A DNA stretch of 63,925 nucleotides, counting the filler, from Atractiella rhizophila (taxonomy: Eukaryota): assembly GCA_021432655.1 (NCBI GenBank). It is 4 parts of 3 records of this genome, joined end to end, with 100 filler letters (N's around TTAATTAATTAA, not from the genome) between each part and the next. Parts side by side here need not be neighbours in the genome. Positions count along the whole stretch, not along the records: positions 1 to 24,697 come from MU271215.1; positions 24,798 to 50,894 come from MU271215.1; 2 more parts are not named here. One strand, written 5' to 3'. Position numbers and translations under genes: made by a program. The notes beneath the pieces were generated by a model. That model was given only the letters and a program-made list of their open reading frames with translations. It was not told where the DNA came from and did not search any database. Positions 15,750 to 26,153 of this stretch are shown piece after piece (positions within the stretch are counted from its first letter, which is position 1; every line of letters starts with the position of its first letter).

Positions 15750-16528
15750 TCACAGCTCCACTACACGAACTCCGTCCTTATCTGCCACTCTGACTTTAAA
15801 CTTTCCCAAATTCACGATAAACCTCGTCTCCAACTCGTTAATGCACTTTCTCAACAGATCCAGTCCCTCTTCCAGCGTTCCTTCGGGATTGTGGTACCGA
15901 TCCATGGTGCTGAGGGAGAAGTAAGCTCCGTATCCGTGAGCTGCGAAAGGAACAGTGGCCATGGTTCCGAGGTAGTCGAGCCAGTAGAGATGGGGAGTAT
16001 TCGACGTAGGATCCCAACCGCCAAGGAGGAGGTTGACGGAGTAGGGGTTGCGGGAACGAATGGACTTTGCGAGCTCTGCGCGAGTCCAAGAGGCAGCGGA
16101 AGACGGTCGAAGTGCGATGTGATTTCTATACAGAACCGTCGAATCACTCGTGGGTTCATCGATACATGAAAAGAGACGAACCTGATGGCATAGAGCCTCA
16201 TGTTCCGTTCCACATATTCTGCAAATTGAACTGTGTCGCCTGCCAAACCATCACACACCCAAAGCAAATGAGCAAACAGAACATGTTGTCTTCCCTTTCC
16301 CAGTCCCAAACTGAAAGAAAAGTTCGACATACCGGGTTCGCCAGAGTAGGCCATGACCAAGTGCTTCCCAATCTCCTTCTGCTTGTCCTCGTCCGACTTC
16401 ATCCTGACGATCGAACGAACTGAAGAAGTGTCAGAGGCAAAGATGACATAGTCTTTGCCTGTGATGCCTGCACCGCAAGTCAGATAATACTAGGAGTGAG
16501 CAAAAGACTTACCGAATGAAACTTCCAT
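15750..16528 (-). CDS. PRE1: 20S proteasome beta-4 subunit, copy 1
   Basis: MEVSF|GITGKDYVIFASD; AYSGEPGDTVQFAEYVERNMRLY; RSRNPYSVNLLLGGWD; LYWLDYLGTMATVPFAAHGYGAYFSLSTMDRY; VADKDGVRVVEL*. Confidence 0.96.
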
Positions 16529-17553
16529 GGTGGTCAACTTGTTCTGCTATCGTTGGAAGGTCAAGGACGCGTCAGAGAGACGCGAGGAATTACAGAGGCA
16601 AACAGTCACTGTCCGTTCACCGAGCCGACGCACGCTGGCCGGATTTCGGACGCCTTAACCTTAAGGTCCGGCCTTTCCGGATGTGGATGTTTCAGGTTTT
16701 TGGGCTAACTGTCGATCGCTGTCGATCCATTGAGTCTGTTGCCGTCTCATGACGTCGGGGTGAAGGTTTCACTGCGTTCCCGACGTCACCTTCCAGTTCA
16801 TCCATCTTCAAAAAGGCTGCCTTGTCTTTGGGAGATTTTCAGCGATCGTCAGCAACATCTTTCCCAGTTTGACCTCACCAGCCAGCTTAAAGCTGCACAC
16901 GCTGCCCCAAGCGTCCCATCCCCCAAGAGGCAAGGAAGAAAGACGGTCTTGAGGTTCGTGCTTGTCACTTCGTAGGTTGTGACTCAATGCTTGCTTCACC
17001 CAGATACATCCATTCCCGTCACCAACTCTCTTAAAAAAAAAAGCGCCATTGCCAAATAGGTTGCAGGCAGGTTGCCTTCTGCCCTTGAGGCTTATGACAA
17101 GGAGCACCTTCAACATCGATCAACAGATTCCCACCAGTTAGCATTCGTGGCGCATGGCTGACCATGTTCCTCTACCGTTTCTTCAAGCTCATACCGCAAC
17201 TCCTTGAATGTGGCTTAGAATAACAGGAGCAGATAAAATATGCATACCGGACATAGTTAGGTCCTGCATGGCTTCGGCTGGCTGGACATTCTTCTTGCGA
17301 CGCCCAACCAAGTTGAAGTTGGATTTTGAGAGCTCGAGTGCGATCGCAAGATCTGCATGGAAGGCGTGGCTACCATGCCCAGCTGAGCTTAGTGTTTTAT
17401 AGTGATGACTAACTGGTAAATTCAAAACCTTCCAGAAACGACCGTAGCCTCCTTCATCGCCATCGAATCAGTTTCTACTGTAAGTGCGACGATTCATCCA
17501 GAGCACTTAAAGATCCAGAGCACTTAAAATTGAGGAAAGGCAGGGATTACATT

Positions 17554-17863
17554 ATGGATAGCTACCAGTCTGGCTCTGGCGTTCCTTCACATCATGTTAC
17601 CGATCCAAACAAGGATAAGGGTGAGGAAATCGAATATACGTGTGCTGGTTCGTCCTCTTTCCTTCCTTCGAGACCTTCGCTGAAAGATGGTACGAAGATT
17701 GTTCAGTTGAGAATTCGATAAAGCCTAGAGAACCCATTCGGTGTAGGGAATGCGGGAGTAGGGTGATGTATAAAAAGAGAATCGCGAGAAGTACGTTTCA
17801 GTTTACCATCTCGTCAAATCTTTACTCATGATAAGCGCAGTGGTCCAGTTTGAAGCACGATAA
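17554..17863 (+). CDS. RPC10: RNA polymerase subunit Rpb12, copy 2
   Basis: Same exon sequence as copy 1. Confidence 0.95.
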
Positions 17864-18205
17864 GTGTTATTTCAGTACTCGATAGCTTGCTTTTACGGGA
17901 ATCTTCAAAATCTCCTTTCGCCACCTTGACCTTGCGGTGAAACTGACTCATTGCCCCTCCTGGTTCTGATACTAACAGCCTCCGAATGTATTCCGCTATT
18001 TTCTTTGAGCACCTCAACTTTTTGTCGTAGTACGGTGCATATTCATGTTGACGAGGTTTACAGTCGGGAAGTTTGGACTGTTGTATGACATCTTTTATCC
18101 ATCGCATCCATTGCAATTGATTACTGGGAGACCGACAAGTGAAGGAAACTGGATACCTGGAACGAGACCCTTCAACTCGTTTGCTTTTGAGCCAGACCTG
18201 GTCAT

Positions 18206-19361
18206 TCAAAAATGTTCTGCAGACGGACGGAGATCCAATTCGAGAGTCCAGGCGGATTTCCTTTGGTTGTGGATGAATATGTATGCCTTCACAAGATGAG
18301 TGAGAGTAAGAGATCGGATTCAAAAAAAGGACAGGCGCGAGAAGGCGTACGTCTGCCACCTGTTCTGGACTCAAGGTCCTCCTTTCGTCCTTCATGAAAT
18401 CCTCCCCTCTTTCCTTTCCGAACACTGCTCTCGTCCTATCGGTCACAATCATTCCTGCACAGGATATCAATTAAGATATCATGACAGAAAAGGATAAAGA
18501 AAAGGGACTAACCATCGATTATAAAGAAGCAACAATGGATATCCTCTTTTCCATATTCTCGTGCTATTGACTGAGACATCGCTCGCAACGCATGCTTTCC
18601 AGCTGCAAATGCAGCGAAGTTTGCTGATCCACGAATGGCTGAGGTTGCTCCAGTAATAAGGAGAGATCCACCAGGGGGATTTGCAGGACTGGTTTGGAAC
18701 GGTAAGGCATGGTTGGTCGAGCTAGGGAAAACTCACTCTGAGGAAGGAAGAAGCATATACTTAATAGCGTTTTGTGAGAAAGCAAAAGCAGAGATCATGT
18801 TCATGTTGGCGCTTCGTTTCAAGTCCTTCATTGCTACTGAGTAACGTACTAATAAAGCTGAAAAGTCCCACCGCTTCCGTAATATCCATAAAAGGGATTC
18901 GGGACCACTGCGCTGCATTCCATACCGCACATTTGAGCCTTCCATTTGGCCAATTGGCCATAATATCTTCAAAAGCCTTGGAGAGCTGTTCATGATTGTA
19001 TTCAGGAATAGGAAACGCCTTGACCTGGAACCAAACAAGAACAGTCAATCTTCACGCTCATGCTTCACACAAGAGGGCTTACTTCACCTCCAGCGCTTCG
19101 AATCTTTTTAGCAGTGTTCTCCAAGAAGTCAGCTTTTCGAGCGATCAACGCGACCTTGTATCCCAATTTCGTCGCAAAGGCTTCTCTGTCAGCGGGGTCA
19201 GTGCTTTCCTGGGAGCAACGTCGCAAGCTCACGCGACGGCAGCACCAGTTCCTGCACTATTTCAGTACCGCATAAATTCATCTAAGCAAAGTAAGCTGCT
19301 TACCTGTTCCGTTACCCACACCAGCAATGATGCAAATATCCACTGAATGGTTCACTGACAT
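18206..19361 (-). CDS. Short-chain dehydrogenase/reductase, copy 2
   Basis: Paralog of 13505-14660 (MSVNHSVDICIIAGVGNG...). Frame appears intact; differences concentrate in introns. Confidence 0.88.
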
Positions 19362-20433
19362 TATTACTACTGCTTCTCCGTACGATTATTCGAGTGGATG
19401 TCGACTCCGCTGAACTCTGATAGCTTATATACTCCAGCTTTCAGAAATTTCAGACCTTGCGAGCCTGGTTGCGAGCCTAGGAAACGATGTTAACCAACCG
19501 CCAACCGTGTTAACCGGTGGAGCGGAAGGCGAAGACTGTTACTTGGGTATAGCCGGTCGGCGATGATGGATTATTGTGCGACGATGGATTATGTGGAGGT
19601 GGAGGTGGAAGTAAGAAGATAAGTCAAACAGAGGCTCTTCTCGCTCCATCTCTTGATTAGTCCACTAATTCAGTGCAAATGCGACTCGCGTAGTTATCTT
19701 TGCCAAAGAAGCAAAATAGCCAACAATGTCTTCCTTTGGCTTGAGTTATCCGGATCGTATGATAGTTGAACGGTTGACCTCCGGTTAGCCTGAGGCAGCC
19801 CTCAGGCGCGCTACGATTGGGTTGGTCTTCCACATATGATAGGTTACCTCCGGCTAGCCTGCGTCAAAGAAACATGTTCAGGCTTTTATGAGCATTGTGC
19901 TTTTTGCATCTTTCTTGTCTCGAATGCTCACCCCACAATAGTATTGTTCCGCTGCGTTATTAATATTGTCTGCTAAGTTGTTCGTTTAGATCAGGTCAAC
20001 GAATCGCTTCAAAATTGTTCTTGTTTACTTTCATGAAAGGTGCGAGTGCTGTTTATGTTTCTCAAATAAGTCGTTCGTTGATGCAATAACGTTATCCAAC
20101 AATAATCAGGTTTCTTGAGTCACATCGTTTGATGGACATCATCAGGCTCGAGTGTCACAAGCAATACTCGCCCCGAAGAATGGAAGTTCAACTGCCCAGC
20201 TCGAATTAAATGAGTTGTATCTCCCAAACCACAAAGAAACTGTACATGTTAAGTTGATACCGCTTGAAACAAGTGATGGGAGGGAGCTCCATAAGACGCG
20301 TCATCGCTTTCTCAATGCCCAACAGGCAGAGTTCTTCCTTCCTTGCAGGCGATGCAAGTGTCGAAGGCGTAGAGATTGCGACCCACTTCGGGAGAAAGGA
20401 GCGACATACCAGGTCAAGAGACAGAATGAAATT

Positions 20434-21212
20434 TCACAACTCCACTACACGAACTCCGTCCTTATCTGCCACTCTGACTTTAAACTTTCCCAAATTCACG
20501 ATAAACCTCGTCTCCAACTCGTTGATGCACTTTCTCAACAGATCCAATCCCTCTTCCAGCGTTCCTTCGGGATTGTGGTACCGATCCATCGTGCTGAGGG
20601 AGAAGTAGGCTCCGTATCCGTGAGCTGCGAAAGGAACCGTGGCCATGGTTCCGAGGTAGTCGAGCCAGTAGAGATGGGGAGTATTCGACGTAGGATCCCA
20701 ACCGCCAAGCAGGAGGTTGACGGAGTAGGGGTTGCGGGAACGAATGGACTTTGCGAGCTCTGCGCGAGTCCAAGAGGCAGCGGAAGACGGTCGAAGTGCG
20801 ATGTGATTTCTATACAGAACCGTCGAATCACTCGTGGGTTCATCGATACATGAAAAGAGACGAACCTGATGGCATAGAGCCTCATGTTCCGTTCCACATA
20901 TTCTGCAAATTGAACTGTGTCGCCTGCCATCCATCACACAGTCGAAGCAAATGAGCAAGCAGAACATGTCGGCCTCCTTTTCCCAGTCCCAAAGTGAGAG
21001 AAAGGATTCGACATACCGGGTTCGCCAGAGTAGGCCATGACCAAGTGCTTCCCAATCTCCTTCTGCTTGTCCTCGTCCGACTTCATCCTGACGATCGAAC
21101 GAACTGAAGAAGTGTCAGAGGCAAAGATGACATAGTCTTTGCCTGTGATGCCTGCACCGCAAGTCAGATAATACTAGGAGTGAGCAAAAGACTTACCGAA
21201 TGAAACTTCCAT
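20434..21212 (-). CDS. PRE1: 20S proteasome beta-4 subunit, copy 2
   Basis: Same exon structure and protein as copy 1; differences are largely synonymous or intronic. Confidence 0.95.
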
Positions 21213-21339
21213 GATGGTCAACTTGTTCTGCTATCGTTGGAAGGTCAAGGACGCGTCAGAGAAACGCGAGGAATTACAGAGGCAAACAGCCACTGTCCGT
21301 TCACCGAGCCGACGCACGCTGGCCGGATTTCGGACGCCT

Positions 21340-23380
21340 TAACCTTAAGGTCCGGCCTTTCCGGATGTGGATGTTTCAGGTTTTGGGCTAACTGTCGATC
21401 GCTGTCGATCCATTGAGTCTGTTGCCGTCTCATGACGTCGGGGTGAAGGTTTCACTGCGTTCCCGACGTCACCTTCCAGTTCATCCATCTTCAAAAAGGC
21501 TGCCTTGTCTTTGGGAGATTTTCAGCGATCGTCACAACATCTTTCCCAGTTTGACCTCACCAGCCAGCTTAAAGCTGCACACGCTGCCCCAAGCGTCCCA
21601 TCCCCCAAGAGGCAAGGAAGAAAGACGGTCTTGAGGTTCGTGCTTGTCACTTCGTAGGTTGTGACTCAATGCTTGCTTCACCCAGATACATCCATTCCCG
21701 TCACCAACTCTCTTAATATCCCAATTGCTGTCAATTCATTGATTCCCATCACCGCAATCGATCTCGTCGTGCCCAAATCAAGCACCTCAGCACCTTCTTA
21801 GGCTCGCTTCATAAATACTCTGCAGCGCTTTTTTACGAACCCAAGACCTCTTCCACTCGCGCTCCGAGACCCCGAGGCTTTCGCACATCCTAAACGGCCG
21901 GTCTCTTTGAAACATAAAAGACCATCTTCCTTCTTCTCCCGCGATTCTCTCCTCGCTCCCATCCATTTCCGGCGCAACATCGAGGCGGAATCACGCCGAG
22001 TCTGCTTCATAACGACTTGCCTTCGGCACCAGATCCGGCTGGTGAGTGCCAATTCCGATCTCCATCTCCTTCACGACGGCCTCGAGTGTCATCAATAATA
22101 AATTGATCTCACCTTTTCATTTCCGCAGGCATCTGCGATTTTTTCGAACGCCGACGAATCCAGCCTCTTCGCGAAACAAACAGAGAGTTTTCATATAACT
22201 GCGAGGCGCTTCAAATCTCTCCCACTCTGCCTCCTTCCGCAACTTGGAAACACTTCATAGTCTACGCGGCTCTGCCTTAACTATCAAACGTGTGTCTCCT
22301 CCCAACCATCCTTTCAGGTGGCCTGATAAAAGCTTGAATACAGCCGTTCCAGCAACCAACCCCGATTCTTCTCCACTGCCAACAGTAACATAGAAATCTC
22401 TCAATATGTCCAAATCTTTGTGAGTATCCTGTCTTCTTTTCCATTGTTGACATCGGAGCTGACTTCCATCTTCGACATTGTGTTAGGACTTGGTGCTCCA
22501 AACTTCCCCAAATACTCGTTATTCGATACACATACACGTGCTCGAAATGCTCTCGCTGTTTTGATAGCGCGGAGGAGGAGAGACGCCATTGTATGACAAT
22601 TCCTTCGTTCCCTCCCGACATTTGCTAATGTGACATGGGTATCATTAGGGTATCAGTGCGCCGGCTGAACTGGTCAAATAGATGCACTTTCTCTGAAGCA
22701 GTTTTGGGATTTTCTCTGTTGTTCGCCTCAATTCAGCATGTACGTCTCCTCTCTCACTTCCTCGACTTCCTTCTAACACCATTCTGGGTAGTCAATTCGC
22801 ATTTCTCGATCATACGACCGTTACATCCACTCTGTACCAAAAGAAACATCCATCAGCATTCCAGCGACCTCATATACATGCCTGCGATTTCCCGTTGTCC
22901 GTCCATCAGTCTCAAAATCGAGCGGAACCTGGCCGCCATGCGTCCGCCTCTCCTCCAACAGCGAGCGATGATTTGATCTTTCTCCCGCTGGCGACTATTT
23001 CAATCGGTGCTTGATTCGTTTCTATCCCCACCTTCCATTCGTCTTCCATCGCGCCTTCGTCTCCGTCTCCGTCCACAATAATATCCATCTGCAACTTCTG
23101 TGGTACGAGGTCGCTTTAATTCGAAAAAGTTTTCGGTCAACATAGATTTTTGTCTCGCTCTCCTTTTGCTTTCGCCCCTCTTGTTTCCAGTGGATGTCGT
23201 CCGGAGTCCATTCTATTTTGTTTTCGAACTGCGAGTTTGTTGAACTGGCGGATATACCCGTTTTGGGTTTCATGTGTGTTTATTATCACATAAACGACGA
23301 ACAGACTTCGAGACTGGTCTTCGCGATTGTCGCTTGGCTTGATTTGGAATCATTTACCCTTTCGTCCTTCATTTGAATAT
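21340..23380 (-). pseudogene. Degenerate or uncharacterised multi-exon gene
   Basis: Purine-rich protein-like minus-strand fragments (e.g. FENKIEWTPDDIHWKQEGRK; EGAEVLDLGTTRSIAVMGINEL) broken by stops and frameshifts. Its 3' end lies inside the duplicated block. Confidence 0.35.
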
Positions 23381-23657
23381 CAGGATATCGTTGCGTATCT
23401 CTGACTTCACGCATTCTCATCCTCTGTGTGTGAATTATCTTGCTAATATTTAGATGAAGAACCAATTATTTTCAATGTATCAAACTCATCCAAATCAAAG
23501 GACCATGTGAACCTGCTTGTTCTGATTGATTTCTCTAAATACTATTACAATACCATAAAAAAATCTAACCGGGCGCAAAACATTGAAAGAGAGAAGTATC
23601 AACAAGAAAGGCGAATTAGATTTGTTAAGCAACCGGTCCATGTCCATGAGCAAATGA

Positions 23658-24697
23658 TCATGGCTTCTTGCACGCAATACTGACCAACTTGGCCTGCTTC
23701 CCACCCCACTCAATCTCCCTCACCTCCATCCCTTTCTTCCTCCAAGTCGCCAACACATTCTCCTCCTCATCTCCTCCAACAACGAGAGCGGANNNNNNNN
23801 NNNNNNNNNNNNNNNNNNNNNNNNNNNNNNNNNNNNNNNNNNNNNNNNNNNNNNNNNNNNNNNNNNNNNNNNNNNNNNNNNNNNNNNNNNNNNNNNNNNN
23901 NNNNNNNNNNNNNNNNNNNNNNNNNNNNNNNNNNNNNNNNNNNNNNNNNNNNNNNNNNNNNNNNNNNNNNNNNNNNNNNNNNNNNNNNNNNNNNNNNNNN
24001 NNNNNNNNNNNNNNNNNNNNNNNNNNNNNNNNNNNNNNNNNNNNNNNNNNNNNNNNNNNNNNNNNNNNNNNNNNNNNNNNNNNNNNNNNNNNNNNNNNNN
24101 NNNNNNNNNNNNNNNNNNNNNNNNNNNNNNNNNNNNNNNNNNNNNNNNNNNNNNNNNNNNNNNNNNNNNNNNNNNNNNNNNNNNNNNNNNNNNNNNNNNN
24201 NNNNNNNNNNNNNNNNNNNNNNNNNNNNNNNNNNNNNNNNNNNNNNNNNNNNNNNNNNNNNNNNNNNNNNNNNNNNNNNNNNNNNNNNNNNNNNNNNNNN
24301 NNNNNNNNNNNNNNNNNNNNNNNNNNNNNNNNNNNNNNNNNNNNNNNNNNNNNNNNNNNNNNNNNNNNNNNNNNNNNNNNNNNNNNNNNNNNNNNNNNNN
24401 NNNNNNNNNNNNNNNNNNNNNNGCGTAAGATAGTGTCTGAAGAGAGGCGGATGGGTTAGGGTGTTTGGCTATGAGGTCGCCCGCGAGAAGGAGGGTGTCG
24501 GTAGAGAAGGGGTCGTAGGAAAGCAAAGAAACTAATTCCCTATGTGAGGGCAGAATCAATATCACCTTCATGCCCGCCATTTATTGAAAGAAAAGAGCAT
24601 ACTGCAATGAGGATACCATCCCGTGCACGTCTCCGACTACTATTAACCGCTTCTCAGGCTCTAAGCGTTCATGCCAAACTATGCGAGACCAATCTTC
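23658..24697 (-). CDS. Calcineurin-like metallophosphoesterase (Ppn2/ApaH-like), partial with internal gap
   Basis: RLIVVGDVHG and LLLAGDLIAK motifs before the gap; SALVVGG...KLVSIACKKP* after it. 5' end is cut by the contig spacer. Confidence 0.8.
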
Positions 24698-24797
24698 NNN
24701 NNNNNNNNNNNNNNNNNNNNNNNNNNNNNNNNNNNNNNNNNTTAATTAATTAANNNNNNNNNNNNNNNNNNNNNNNNNNNNNNNNNNNNNNNNNNNN
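24698..24797. other. Artificial contig spacer (N44-TTAATTAATTAA-N44)
   Basis: 100 nt with a six-frame stop linker. Identical spacers at 50895-50994 and 62545-62644. Confidence 0.97.
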
Positions 24798-25708
24798 GAA
24801 GTTAACCGTTTACCGATCGACAACTTGGGCGTCTTCCCTACTCCCTCCCTAAGCATTGACGAATACTCTTCTCACTCGACCGTCCGTTCCAACTAACGCT
24901 TACACACCTACCTCTCAAGCCTTTCTAGGGACACTTACTATTCACCCGCCTGAACCACCAGTAACGTGTCCGTAAGGTAACCTAACCTTTCCTACCTAGC
25001 TCGCGATACCAGTCAGAAAAAACCGACAACGAAATAACCCAACCACCACTCTAGCACGCCTAAACCTGGACTTCCGTCTCTAACGAGCGCACAACTTTGG
25101 ACCACGAGTTGAACGAGACTAAACCTTAGAGCTCCTGGCACTACCTGGACTCTTCACCCATCCCTTTTACGCACTACGAATGCTCCGCGTGCTTCAGCCC
25201 TGAGGAGTCATAGCCGAACCTACCACCTTCGTACAGAAACTAAACGGTCTTATATTTCTCTTGAAGTTTGGGGAGTTCTCGTTACGCCGCCCTCTTCGTG
25301 ACGGTCTACACGTCGTGGCTTTCGATCTCTGCTTGTTTCTACCCCCAACAACTGTCCCATAACTCATTCTCAATGTAATGACTGGACTGCCTTCTCTTCT
25401 CCCTCCTCCACTCTTTTGCCCACGACCTTTAACACCTTCTCCCTCTACCAAACCAAACCAACCGTGAGAGGAGAGGAAAGCACGCGTGAAGATTCCAGTG
25501 CCTGAGCCCAATTCGACGACGCGTGCAGATGCAGGCAATCGTGTGGCAATCAGAGCCAAAGATTGAGAAGGATACGAGGGACGAGCGCGATCGTAGAGCC
25601 CGCTTGATCCTGGCACGCGATCAACACATTCGCCAAAGCGTAACAGCAATGGGACCAGCCTGATTTCGAGAACGCAGACCTAGCGAGGGGATGAACTCGA
25701 GTAGCCAT
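24798..25708 (-). CDS. Class I SAM-dependent methyltransferase (Methyltransf_11-like); 3' part present as reversed, non-complemented sequence
   Basis: Normal part: MATRVHPLARSAFSKS|GSSGLYDRARPSYP...VVELGSGTGIFTRAFLSSH. The complement of 24798-25462 read left to right continues ASIGKWLAVEPAEGMR...ADLVVIAQAFHW...EIARVLKPG...IWNLEDRD...TPQYRLGWW...RVLSKSYI. Confidence 0.93.
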
Positions 25709-26153
25709 AATTTTTTACGAATTGGCGCGGCACAGCTAGCAGGTAAAGATAGCTCAAATGTGAATCGATGAAGTCGCGAGTTCGCAAGCTTGCTTCTTAT
25801 ATTGGTTCTCCTGTCGTGCTGCGCGCGTGCCGAGAATGGCAGAGAAGCAAGGTCGATCAGGCTCTGCGATAGTCAAGAGATACGTGATAAGCTAAGCAAG
25901 GCTAAGAGTATTAAGTAAAGTTGGGTATTGAGCATGGGAAACTGGGGTATCGAGGGGATATCCATATCATCCATATCACGGTCCAAAAATGCTGAGCGAT
26001 TACGATACATGTTGGACTATTGACTGAAAACAAACTGATCCTTTATCAACAACATGAGCGACTTGAAAAGTCTCCCTTAGGAACGAGCGGGGGACAGGCA
26101 GCATTGCTGACAGGGAATCTGCAAACTCAGAAGAAAGGAGGAAAGGGAATCAT

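Larger units (their letters stand above)
12344..17032 (+). repeat. 4.7-kb tandem segmental duplication, copy 1
   Basis: Aligns to 17043-21714 (offset 4699 at the start). Begins GCGCCATTGCCAAATAGG and ends CACCAACTCTCTT. Confidence 0.97.
17043..21714 (+). repeat. 4.7-kb tandem segmental duplication, copy 2
   Basis: Near-identical to copy 1 at both ends, visibly more diverged (SNPs and small indels) in the middle. Separated from copy 1 by A10 at 17033-17042. Confidence 0.97.

Noticed and set aside
24742..24753. TTAATTAATTAA palindrome occurring three times (also near 50939 and 62589)
   Set aside because: It is a six-frame stop linker within 100-nt N spacers: an assembly construct, not a transposon target site or regulatory motif.
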